A stretch of 64,000 nucleotides of DNA from an uncultured Hyphomicrobiales bacterium. GTDB taxonomy: Bacteria; Pseudomonadota; Alphaproteobacteria; Rhodospirillales; CAYFNC01. Location: the NCBI GenBank assembly GCA_964344345.1, contig CAYFNC010000002.1, positions 6,106-70,105 on the forward strand. Direction: 5' to 3'. The position numbers were made by a program, and so were the translations under genes. Below are positions 36,893-45,328 of the stretch, in pieces (the stretch's first letter is position 1; each line of letters begins with the position of its first letter). Below the pieces are notes generated by a model that was given only the letters and a program-made list of their open reading frames with translations, made no database searches and was not told where the DNA came from.

Positions 36893-36952
36893 GGGCGGGA
36901 TACTCTCTCGCCAGCGGATTTTCGATTAACCATCAGACAGGCAGGCGCGCTC

Positions 36953-37255
36953 ATGGCCAAGGATTCAGCGACCATCATCCCCGAAATCACGGCCTTCATT
37001 AAGAAAAACGGCGGCAATCCGCGCGGTTGGTTCATCGCCCAGTCGGTCAACCCCAAGCGCGACCTGAAGCGTCACGGCCTCGGCGGCAAGAACAGCGCTC
37101 CCTACCTGATCCGCACCGCGACCACGGAAATGCAGGCCAACAAGGTGGTGGAGCACTTCACCGAGCGTTTCGGCGTGGACGGGAGCGCCGAGGACATCGC
37201 CAAGAACGCCTTGTACGTCTACTGCTACGTCAAGAACGACAAGACCAAGCCCTGA
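36953..37255 (+). CDS. hypothetical small protein at the end of the cbbM-prk cluster
   Basis: 100-aa ORF (MAKDSATIIPEITAFIKKNGGNPRGWFIAQSVNPKRDLKRHG...ALYVYCYVKNDKTKP), same strand, 60 nt after prk2. No family recognised. Confidence 0.5.
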   Translation: MAKDSATIIPEITAFIKKNGGNPRGWFIAQSVNPKRDLKRHGLGGKNSAPYLIRTATTEMQANKVVEHFTERFGVDGSAEDIAKNALYVYCYVKNDKTKP

Positions 37256-37279
37256 GGCTCGGCGGCGTCGGACGCCGGA

Positions 37280-38917
37280 TCAGTCCTCCCGAACCACCCG
37301 GAACCCGTTGCGGTCCAGCCGGAACGACGCGCTGCTCTTGAAGCGATTGGCGGAGCGCAGGTATTCCGGCGGATTGCCGAGGAAGCCGCCTCGGACCACC
37401 CGATTGTTGCAGTCGCCCTTGTTGGTCTGGGCCGCGCCGTCGGCGGCCGCGCCCTCGTAGCTGTCAACGTAGCAGTCCTGGGTCCATTCCCACAGGTTGC
37501 CGTGCATGTCGTGCAGGCCGAAGGCGTTGGCGGGGAAGCTTCCGACCTCGGTGGTCTTCTTGCGGTATTCGCCTGGCTCGGAGCCGTTGTAGACGTACTT
37601 GGCGTTGAAGTTGGCCTGATCGACGGAAATATTGTCGCCGAAGTGGAAGGCGGTTGTGGTTCCGGCGCGGGCCGCGTACTCCCACTCGGCCTCGCTCGGC
37701 AGGCGGTAGGTCTTGCCGGTCTTCTTGCTCAGCCAGGCGAGGTAGGCCTCGACGTCGGGGAACGAGACGTTCATCACCGGGCGGCGTTCGCGGCCCCAGC
37801 CCTTGTCGTCGGGTCGGCTCTTGCAGCCGCCGTCATCGACGCAGGCCTCGAACTCCTCGAACGTGACCTCGTACTTACCCATGGAGAAGGGCTTGGCGAT
37901 GGTCACCGCGTGGGTCGGGCCCTCGTCGGAGCCGCGGTCGGGCTCGGACTCCGGCGAGCCCATGGTGAAGGAGCCAGCGGGGATCGTCACCAATTCGGGG
38001 CAAAGTTCGCAATCCTTGGCCCCGCCGGACACGGTGGGCTTAGAGGGCGCGGCGGCCTGTATCGGAGCGGGTTCCGGCGCGGTGGCGGGAGCGGGCGGCG
38101 CCGGTTTCGGCTCGGCGGCGGGCGTGGGTTTGGGAGCGGGCGTCGGTTCGGGCTTCTCCGCAGGCGCGGGCTCGGGCGCGGCCTCGGCCGTCTGTTGGGG
38201 GTCGGGCTCGGCGGGCTTCGCCTCCTCGATCGCGGGCGCCGGCTTGGGCTCCGGCGCGAGGGCCGGTTCTGGCGCCGCCTTCGCGGTTTCGATGGGCGGG
38301 GGCTGCCGAGGTTGGGGCTTTTGCCCGGAAGGTTCGGGCGCGACCGGCTGGGGAGCGGGCAGGGGCGGCATGGGGCGGGCCGCCACGGCCAGCGGCGGCA
38401 GGGCCTTCAGCCGTCCGCTGAGGTCATCGGCGAGGCGCGGCAATAGGTCGTCGCTGGACTTGACGAGGGCCTTGGCGATGCAGGTCTTGTCGCAATCGCT
38501 CGCCACCTTCAGGGCGTATCCGGGGCCGGCCCAGGGCATGCGCTGGGTGTGCACCATCCGGCCCGCCTTGTCGCGGACAAGGGTTTGGATGTGGTAGAGC
38601 ACCACCGAATGGTCGCGAAAGCGGCGGAGAGAGGCGGGCATGGACAGAACCGCGACCGCGTCGGCCTTCGCGGCGCCATCCTCGGACACGTCGACGCCCC
38701 GGCTGCGGAGGGCGGCGCCCAGCTTGCCGAGGACGCTTGCCGCCACGGGCCCTTCGCGGGACGGATTGAAGGCCTGGCTGTCGTCCCAGACCAGGCGGAT
38801 CGAAAGATCCTTCTTCGCCTCCCCGGCCATGGCGGGCGCGACCGCGAACAAGACCGTCGCCAGTCCAAGGCCGATGAAGAACCGGGTCCAAGCCGTCCGA
38901 GTGATGGCGATTTTCAT
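37280..38917 (-). CDS. secreted protein with C-terminal formylglycine-generating-enzyme (SUMF1/FGE-sulfatase) domain
   Basis: Signal peptide MKIAITRTAWTRFFIGLGLATVLFAVAPAMA, an unknown N-terminal domain, and a Pro/Ala-rich linker of about 130 aa. The FGE domain follows (CPELVTIPAGSFTMGSP, RLPSEAEWEYAARAG, GLHDMHGNLWEWTQDCY, RVVRGG). Confidence 0.85.
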   Translation of the reverse strand: MKIAITRTAWTRFFIGLGLATVLFAVAPAMAGEAKKDLSIRLVWDDSQAFNPSREGPVAASVLGKLGAALRSRGVDVSEDGAAKADAVAVLSMPASLRRFRDHSVVLYHIQTLVRDKAGRMVHTQRMPWAGPGYALKVASDCDKTCIAKALVKSSDDLLPRLADDLSGRLKALPPLAVAARPMPPLPAPQPVAPEPSGQKPQPRQPPPIETAKAAPEPALAPEPKPAPAIEEAKPAEPDPQQTAEAAPEPAPAEKPEPTPAPKPTPAAEPKPAPPAPATAPEPAPIQAAAPSKPTVSGGAKDCELCPELVTIPAGSFTMGSPESEPDRGSDEGPTHAVTIAKPFSMGKYEVTFEEFEACVDDGGCKSRPDDKGWGRERRPVMNVSFPDVEAYLAWLSKKTGKTYRLPSEAEWEYAARAGTTTAFHFGDNISVDQANFNAKYVYNGSEPGEYRKKTTEVGSFPANAFGLHDMHGNLWEWTQDCYVDSYEGAAADGAAQTNKGDCNNRVVRGGFLGNPPEYLRSANRFKSSASFRLDRNGFRVVRED

Positions 38918-39059
38918 GGTGAATGCCCCCCGAAAACTAGGTCGCGCCAAAAACGGTCGCCACAATAGGTGATCGCTCGCCAGAAAACCATACGTTCTCT
39001 TAGGTTCGCCATGGTATAACCCCCTGTTTCCCTACGACATGAAACCGGAGCCGCTCACC

Positions 39060-39509
39060 ATGGCTAAGACGGTCCTGATCCTAAATGGCCCCAACCTGAA
39101 CCTGCTCGGAACGCGGGAGCCGGACATATACGGCGCGGCCACGCTGGGCGACATCGAGTCGTCGTGCCGGGCCCTTGGGAGCGAACTGGACCTGGAGGTG
39201 GATTTCCGTCAGTCCAACCACGAAGGTGAACTGGTGACCTGGATTCAGGAGGCCAAGGGCCGTATCGACGGGATCGTCATCAACGCGGCCGCCTTCACCC
39301 ATACATCCGTCGCGATTCCCGACGCGCTCGCCGCCGTGGACATCCCGGTGGTCGAGGTGCATCTGTCGAATATTTTCGCTCGCGAAACATTCCGACATCA
39401 TTCCAATATCTCCCCCCTGGCCGTGGGCATGATCACCGGGTTCGGGGCCCAGGGCTACGAACTGGCGCTCAGGGCCATTCAGGCGATCGTTTCGCAAAAC
39501 GGTGGTTAG
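39060..39509 (+). CDS. aroQ: 3-dehydroquinate dehydratase, type II
   Basis: [52 protein letters not shown]. Confidence 0.95.
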   Translation: MAKTVLILNGPNLNLLGTREPDIYGAATLGDIESSCRALGSELDLEVDFRQSNHEGELVTWIQEAKGRIDGIVINAAAFTHTSVAIPDALAAVDIPVVEVHLSNIFARETFRHHSNISPLAVGMITGFGAQGYELALRAIQAIVSQNGG

Positions 39510-40188
39510 GGCGATCCCGGGCGGAGACCGGCTGACGCCGGAGGTTTTGTTGCGGGCCTACGCCAGCGGGATTTTTCCCATGGCCGAAAGTCGCGACGAG
39601 AACATCGTCTATTGGATCGAACCCGAGGAAAGGGGGGTCTTGCCCCTCGACGCGTTCCGGATTTCGCGCAGTCTGCGCAAAACGGTCCGGAAAAAATCGT
39701 TTGAGATCCGGTTCAACTCCGCGTTCCCGGACGTCATCCGCGAATGCGCCCGCGCCGCGCCGGGCCGCGAGGACACCTGGATAAACGGCGAAATCGTGCG
39801 CGCCTACACCGAACTGCACAAAATGGGATTCGTCCACAGCGTCGAGAGCTGGCGCGACGGAAAACTGGCGGGAGGGCTCTACGGACTGGCGCTCGGCGGG
39901 GCGTTTTTCGGCGAGAGCATGTTCTCACGCGTGACGGATGCGTCCAAGGTGGCGCTGGTCCATCTCGTGGCGCGGTTACGTTATGGAGGGTACGTGTTGC
40001 TGGACACCCAGTTCGTCACGTCCCACCTGTCGCAATTCGGCGCAAGGGAAATACCGGTAAGGGATTATCTGGAGCTGTTGGACCAGGCGTTACAGGTGCG
40101 TGGCGTGTTGTATCCTCACCTGCCGAAGGGGGAGGTGGAGGCGTCGCTGCTCTCCCTGTTTTCGCAGTCGACCACCCAGACGTCGTAG
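39502..40188 (+). CDS. aat: leucyl/phenylalanyl-tRNA--protein transferase
   Basis: [58 protein letters not shown], and a C-terminal ...[11 protein letters not shown] start overlaps the aroQ end by 8 nt. Confidence 0.9.
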   Translation: MVRAIPGGDRLTPEVLLRAYASGIFPMAESRDENIVYWIEPEERGVLPLDAFRISRSLRKTVRKKSFEIRFNSAFPDVIRECARAAPGREDTWINGEIVRAYTELHKMGFVHSVESWRDGKLAGGLYGLALGGAFFGESMFSRVTDASKVALVHLVARLRYGGYVLLDTQFVTSHLSQFGAREIPVRDYLELLDQALQVRGVLYPHLPKGEVEASLLSLFSQSTTQTS

Positions 40189-40520
40189 ACAGGATGCTCC
40201 ATGGCCGACAGCGCCGGGCTGGAGGCGAACATCCATCCGCGAAAAACGCTTTGCGACGATTCGCCGGGCCGGGACTCCCAGATGTCCATGAAGGCGGCGC
40301 TTTCGGGGGGTTCTTCCGGCGGACGCTTGTCGCAGGTGCGCGCGATCATTTCGATGGTGCCGAATTTCACCATTTTGCCCACCGGGGCCTCGATGGCGGA
40401 CACCCGCGCGGTCACCTTGTCCAGGCCCTGGAGGATGACCGTGTTCATGGGCTCGGCCCTCGGCGCGGCGAGGGCGAGGACGGTCAGGGGAAAGGAGAGG
40501 ACGAGAGCGCGGCCCGTCAT
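40116..40520 (-). CDS. DUF2155-family periplasmic protein
   Basis: Signal peptide, then [13 protein letters not shown]...[30 protein letters not shown]...[27 protein letters not shown], which matches the DUF2155 pattern as I recall it. The 3' end overlaps aat convergently by 73 nt. Confidence 0.75.
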   Translation of the reverse strand: MTGRALVLSFPLTVLALAAPRAEPMNTVILQGLDKVTARVSAIEAPVGKMVKFGTIEMIARTCDKRPPEEPPESAAFMDIWESRPGESSQSVFRGWMFASSPALSAMEHPVYDVWVVDCENRESSDASTSPFGR

Positions 40521-40529
40521 GGGAAAAGG

Positions 40530-41093
40530 CTATTCAAGCGCCGGCAGTTCAGGCATGGCGCCGCCGGGCATGCCGCCTCCGCCAGGCATTCCGCCGTCCC
40601 CGCCGAGCATGCCGCCACCGCTGGATCCACCGTTTCCGCCGCCATTCCCGCCGCTGGTGGCGAGGAAGATGATCTCGCCGACCTGGTCCTCGAGTGAGCG
40701 GAAATCCTTGGTTTTCTTCATGGCCGCGCCCGCAATGAGGTGATTCTTCGACGTTCCGGGTTCGAGACGAACGTACTTGCCGCCCAAAAGACCCTCGCTG
40801 GCGATGGAGGCGACCGTGTCATCGGGCAGTTTCACGTCGCCCTTGATGCTCAGGGTCGCCACGGCGTCGAAGGTGACCGGGTCCAGCTTGAGCTTGACCA
40901 CGGTGCCGACCTTGATGCCGCTGATGCGGACGTCGCTGCCCTTGGACAGGCCGCCGACCTTGTAGAACGCGGCGGTGACCTCATAGCCCTTCACGCCCTT
41001 GATCTGGGCGGTGGAGTAGGCGAGGTAGACGAAGATGCCCGCGACCACGAGCACCACGGCCCCCATAACCGTTTCGACCAGGTTCCTGCCCAT
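40530..41093 (-). CDS. mlaD: MlaD/MCE-domain protein with Gly/Met/Pro-rich tail
   Basis: N-terminal TM, then the MCE domain (GYEVTAAFYKVGGLSKGSDVRISGIKVGTV...ASIASEGLLGGKYVRLEPG). C-terminal tail SGGNGGGNGGSSGGGMLGGDGGMPGGGGMPGGAMPELPALE. Confidence 0.8.
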   Translation of the reverse strand: MGRNLVETVMGAVVLVVAGIFVYLAYSTAQIKGVKGYEVTAAFYKVGGLSKGSDVRISGIKVGTVVKLKLDPVTFDAVATLSIKGDVKLPDDTVASIASEGLLGGKYVRLEPGTSKNHLIAGAAMKKTKDFRSLEDQVGEIIFLATSGGNGGGNGGSSGGGMLGGDGGMPGGGGMPGGAMPELPALE

Positions 41094-41127
41094 ATTTCGA
41101 CGACTCCTTCGGGGTTCCTTGAAATTC

Positions 41128-41604
41128 CTATTGATCGCCCTTCGCCGCCGCCCGCTTTGCGTGGCCTTGGGAAATGATCAGGTCCAACAACTCGCTGACG
41201 ATCACGGCGTCCTGGGTGAAGACGGCCTCGTCGCCGTCCTTGAAGATGGCTTCCTCGCCTCCGGGCTCCAACACGATGTACTTAGGCCCGAACAGGCCGT
41301 CGGTGTGGATGGCGACGGATGTGTCGGTGGGAAGCTCCACGCCCTTCTTGATGCGGAGCTTCAGCTTCGCGCGGTATTTGTCGTCCAGAATTGCGCTTTC
41401 CACCTTGCCGATCTTGATTCCGCCAAGCCTGACCTCGTCGCCCTCGACCAAGCCGTCGATGCGGTTGAAGGTGGCGTTGAGGAAATAATCGTTGACCGGG
41501 GCCTTGGCTTTCACCCCGCCGCCGCCGACAGACATCAGGATCACCGTGGCCAGAACGACCACGGCCACCATACCGACAATGATTTCCTTGGCTTCGGTGT
41601 TCAT
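41128..41604 (-). CDS. second MlaD/MCE-domain paralog
   Basis: N-terminal TM, then the MCE domain (YFLNATFNRIDGLVEGDEVRLGGIKIGKV...VAIHTDGLFGPKYIVLEPGG). 158 aa with no Gly-rich tail. Confidence 0.75.
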   Translation of the reverse strand: MNTEAKEIIVGMVAVVVLATVILMSVGGGGVKAKAPVNDYFLNATFNRIDGLVEGDEVRLGGIKIGKVESAILDDKYRAKLKLRIKKGVELPTDTSVAIHTDGLFGPKYIVLEPGGEEAIFKDGDEAVFTQDAVIVSELLDLIISQGHAKRAAAKGDQ

Positions 41605-41607
41605 GGG

Positions 41608-41967
41608 CTATCCGTCCAGGGGGGACCAGGATTCATAGTCGCCGGTGGCCCGCGCCCGCTGTCCGCCCTTGTACTCGTGCCCGGCCGGGCGGAACGCGGC
41701 CGCCGTGCCGGTCAGGTTGGGCTGATGCTCCTTCTGCCAACGGGCGGCCTTGGCGGCCTCCTCGGTCAGGGGGTCCTTGACCGTGTGGTGCAGCCAGGCG
41801 TGCCATTCGGACGGCACGGTGGACGCCTCGCGATCCTTCAGGATCACCCAGCGTTTCTCCCTGTGCAGCATGGGCTTGCCCTTGCCCCGGTAATAGCGGT
41901 TGCCGAACTCGTCCCTGCCGACCAACTCGCCCTTGAAGAATGTGTACAGTAAGGTCCCGGTGATCAT
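41608..41967 (-). CDS. NDUFA12-family (complex I accessory-like) protein
   Basis: MITGTLLYTFFKGELVGRDEFGNRYYRGK...RWVILKDREASTVPSEWHAWLHHTV. ATG at 41965-41967. Confidence 0.85.
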   Translation of the reverse strand: MITGTLLYTFFKGELVGRDEFGNRYYRGKGKPMLHREKRWVILKDREASTVPSEWHAWLHHTVKDPLTEEAAKAARWQKEHQPNLTGTAAAFRPAGHEYKGGQRARATGDYESWSPLDG

Positions 41968-42093
41968 CGCTTCCCCCCGAAACGTGCGGGCGACACTATG
42001 GCATTTCGCGGCCCAGTCGTCCAGAGGCCGCTCCAAGCTTGATCAAGGCCCCCGGGGCCTATAAGGATGGGGCGGAAATCGAAAGGAACGCGC

Positions 42094-43641
42094 ATGGCCG
42101 GGTCCGGGAAACGCTTCTACGTCACCACGCCGATCTACTACGTCAACGACGCGCCCCACATCGGGCACGCGTACACCACGCTGGCCTGCGACGTTCTGGC
42201 CCGGTTCAAGCGGCTCGACGGATACGACGTCAAGTTCCTGACCGGCACCGACGAGCACGGACAGAAGGTGGAGAAGTCCGCCGCCGCCGCCGGCGTCGAT
42301 CCCCAGGCCTTCACCGACCGGGTGTCCCAGAACTTTCGCGACCTGGCCCGGACCATGGGCTTTTCCAACGACGATTTCATCCGCACGACCGAGCAGCGCC
42401 ACAAGACGTCTGTCCAGGCGCTGTGGAAGAAACTGATGGACGCGGGCGAAATCTACCTCGGCGGTTACGCCGGATGGTACGCGGTGCGGGACGAGGCCTT
42501 TTATGCGGAGTCCGAACTAATCAAGGGAGAAGGCGGAAAACAGCTTGCTCCCACCGGCGCCGAGGTGGAGTGGGTGGAGGAGCCGAGCTACTTCTTCCGG
42601 CTGTCCGCCTGGCAGGACCGGTTGCTGGAATTCTATGACGCCAACCCGGATTTCATCCTGCCCAAGACCCGGCGCAACGAGGTCACCAGCTTCGTCAAGG
42701 GCGGCCTGCAGGACCTGTCCATTTCGCGCACCAGCTTCAAATGGGGCGTGCCCGTTCCCGACGACGACGCCCACATCATGTACGTGTGGCTGGACGCGTT
42801 GACAAACTATCTCACCGCCATCGGCTTTCCAGAGACCGAAGGCGGCGAATACGTCGAATACTGGCCCGCGAACCTGCACATGGTGGGCAAGGACATTCTG
42901 CGCTTCCACGCGGTCTATTGGCCCGCGTTCCTGATGGCGGCGGGGTTGGAGCCGCCCAAGCGCGTGTTCGCCCATGGCTGGTGGACCAACGAGGGCCAGA
43001 AGATCTCGAAATCGCTGGGCAACGTGATCGACCCGGTGGAGTTGGTGGAGAAGTACGGCCTCGACCAGGTGCGCTATTTCCTGCTGCGCGAGGTGCCGTT
43101 CGGCAACGACGGCGACTTTTCCCATTCCGCCATGGTCACGCGGATGAACGGGGAACTGGCCAACGACCTCGGCAATCTGGCGCAGCGGGTGCTTTCCATG
43201 ATCTCCAAGAACTGCGCCAAGGCCGCGCCCCCGCACGGGGACTTCACCGCCGAGGACCAGGAGATGCTCGCCGCCGCCCACGGCCTGATCGGGACGCTGC
43301 GCGGGAAAATGGACGTTCAGGCGTTTCACGAGGCGCTCGAGGCCATCTGGGGCGTGGTCCGCGCCGCCAACGCCTATGTGGACCGCCAGGCCCCGTGGCA
43401 GCTGCGCAAGGACGACCCGCCCAGGATGGAGACGGTGCTCTACGTGCTGGCGGAAACCATCCGCCACTTGGCCATCGTGGTCCAGCCGTTCATGCCGAAT
43501 TCGGCGGCGCGCATGTTGGATCAGCTGTCCATCGGGGAGGGAGAGCGGACCTTCGAGTTCCTCGGCCCCGACCACGCGCTCGCCACCGGAACCGCGCTGC
43601 CCAAGCCCAAGGGGGTGTTTCCGCGCTTCGTGGAGGAGTAG
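42094..43641 (+). CDS. metG: methionine--tRNA ligase (short form)
   Basis: HIGH motif (NDAPHIGHAYTT) and KMSKS motif (QKISKSLGN). 515 aa with no C-terminal tRNA-binding appendix. ATG 42094 is preceded by gaaaggaa. Confidence 0.95.
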   Translation: MAGSGKRFYVTTPIYYVNDAPHIGHAYTTLACDVLARFKRLDGYDVKFLTGTDEHGQKVEKSAAAAGVDPQAFTDRVSQNFRDLARTMGFSNDDFIRTTEQRHKTSVQALWKKLMDAGEIYLGGYAGWYAVRDEAFYAESELIKGEGGKQLAPTGAEVEWVEEPSYFFRLSAWQDRLLEFYDANPDFILPKTRRNEVTSFVKGGLQDLSISRTSFKWGVPVPDDDAHIMYVWLDALTNYLTAIGFPETEGGEYVEYWPANLHMVGKDILRFHAVYWPAFLMAAGLEPPKRVFAHGWWTNEGQKISKSLGNVIDPVELVEKYGLDQVRYFLLREVPFGNDGDFSHSAMVTRMNGELANDLGNLAQRVLSMISKNCAKAAPPHGDFTAEDQEMLAAAHGLIGTLRGKMDVQAFHEALEAIWGVVRAANAYVDRQAPWQLRKDDPPRMETVLYVLAETIRHLAIVVQPFMPNSAARMLDQLSIGEGERTFEFLGPDHALATGTALPKPKGVFPRFVEE

Positions 43642-43647
43642 GGGCCG

Positions 43648-45219
43648 TCAACGGCGTTTGGAGAAGTCGATCCTGTGGGCGTAATCCATTTCGATGACGC
43701 CGGATTCGACCCTCTTTGCCCCACGCCCGATTTTCACCATGTGCTTTCGCACGGGCCACAAGTCGCAGGCGACGCCGACCCCTGGCGGCGCGCCGTTGTC
43801 GGGCGCGTTGCAGCCGCTTGGGTCTTGCCCCAGTTTCTGGACCAGGACCTCGTAGGTTCCCTCCAACAGCATGTCGCGGGCGGTGATGGCGAAGCTTCCA
43901 TCCGGCTTGGTGCGCCAGGAGTCCCGTTGAAAGACGCCGCCTTCCTGACGAACCAGGGAGATCATGGCGCCGCCCACCGGCCCTTCCGACCTGTTCCGCA
44001 TGCGCGCCACGCCGCGAACCTCCACCGACGAGACGTCCGGCAGCGGGGCGGGGGGAAGGCCGCCCTTTCCTTGGGATTTGCGGTATTCCTCGACCGCCTC
44101 GTCTCCGACCAGAAGGTAGTAAACGCCAACGGCGACGGCGGTTTCCGATCGGCCCGAGTCCAGGTCCTTGCATCGAAGCCGGGTCGTCATCCAAATCTCG
44201 CCCTTGCCCTTGGCGCGCGCCCTCACCCGGACGCCGTTGCCGACCCATTCCGCAGAAGCCAACGAAGCGGGCCGGACCTCGACAAAGCGCTGGGCCAGCA
44301 CCACGCAATCGACGCGGCGAACGACGATGCTGCCGTCATCCCTTAGCGATTTTCGGCTTTGGGGCGCTTGCGGGGCGTGTTGGAATCTGCTCTCGCCCAC
44401 CTGCAGCGCGATGGTCCCAATGGCGAAATGGCGGCGCAGCAGGTCGGGGTCGAAGTTGCGGGGCGCGGCTCTGGTCGGGGGCGGCGCGCCGGTGCGGTAG
44501 TTGGAGCCGGGACGCCCGAGGGGCGATTCGAACCCTTCGCCCATGGCGACGACGGCCTCTCCGCCACCGCCTTTCCCGGGGCCGCCGATCAAGACCCGGT
44601 TCTTGGGCGGGAAGTCGTAGCCGTAGCGGCCGCGTTGGCCGTCGACGCGAAGATGAAGGATCGGGGCCATGCCCGCTTCCTCCTTGCGGAAAAACCGAAA
44701 ACGGCCGTTGTTGGGGACATCGACGCCGCAATTGTGGTCGTCGCCGCTCCAGTGCGCCTCGATATACGAACTCGGCCCTTCCCATGGGCCTTGCAACTCG
44801 CCCGTGAACCGCATGGTCGCGCCGCCGAGCCGCATGTTCGAGCGGCAAATGCTCGAAATCCTGACGACGCCCTCGACGCGGGCTCCGTCGGCGCTGAATT
44901 CGATCTCGGCCCTGCGGTCGTCCATGCGCGCTCGTCCGACGTAGCGGATTTTTGGCGAGCCGCCGCCACCCGGCGTTTCCGGTCCCCCGACGCCAGGCTG
45001 GGGCGTTGTCGGGGGAGGGGGCTGGTGGGGGCTGGGGCTGGACCAATCGGGTATCGATCCTCCCCCCGGCGTCGGTTGCGGATATCCGCCGCCGCCCGGC
45101 CCAGGCGCGACGGGCGTGTCGCCGCCGATGGCTTCCCATTCCGCGAACGCTTCGATGGGCGTGGCGAGTATCGCCAACAATGTAATGAACAGAATAACTT
45201 GATAGGACTTTAGGCCCAT
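43648..45219 (-). CDS. hypothetical secreted protein (Pro/Gly-rich N-terminal region; C-terminal carboxypeptidase-regulatory-like fold?)
   Basis: ATG 45217-45219 gives signal peptide MGLKSYQVILFITLLAILATPIEAFA, then a PG-rich stretch and about 430 aa of unrecognised sequence. The C-terminal segment GGAMISLVRQEGGVFQRDSWRTKPDGSFAITARDMLLEGTYEVLV resembles CarboxypepD_reg-type beta-sandwiches. Confidence 0.65.
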   Translation of the reverse strand: MGLKSYQVILFITLLAILATPIEAFAEWEAIGGDTPVAPGPGGGGYPQPTPGGGSIPDWSSPSPHQPPPPTTPQPGVGGPETPGGGGSPKIRYVGRARMDDRRAEIEFSADGARVEGVVRISSICRSNMRLGGATMRFTGELQGPWEGPSSYIEAHWSGDDHNCGVDVPNNGRFRFFRKEEAGMAPILHLRVDGQRGRYGYDFPPKNRVLIGGPGKGGGGEAVVAMGEGFESPLGRPGSNYRTGAPPPTRAAPRNFDPDLLRRHFAIGTIALQVGESRFQHAPQAPQSRKSLRDDGSIVVRRVDCVVLAQRFVEVRPASLASAEWVGNGVRVRARAKGKGEIWMTTRLRCKDLDSGRSETAVAVGVYYLLVGDEAVEEYRKSQGKGGLPPAPLPDVSSVEVRGVARMRNRSEGPVGGAMISLVRQEGGVFQRDSWRTKPDGSFAITARDMLLEGTYEVLVQKLGQDPSGCNAPDNGAPPGVGVACDLWPVRKHMVKIGRGAKRVESGVIEMDYAHRIDFSKRR

Positions 45220-45328
45220 TCTCGATGTTTTCCGACGCCCCGGTTCCCTATTGGATGTTATCCTAAATGTCTTGATGGGGAAACCAAGCGTTGACTTGCG
45301 TCGCAATACCATCGCGCCCGGATGATTT

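Noticed and set aside
38000-38400. Highly repetitive GC-rich stretch (ggc/gcc/ccg runs) resembling a tandem repeat element
   Set aside because: It encodes the Pro/Ala/Glu-rich linker of the FGE-domain protein on the minus strand and keeps the frame open, so it is not an independent element.
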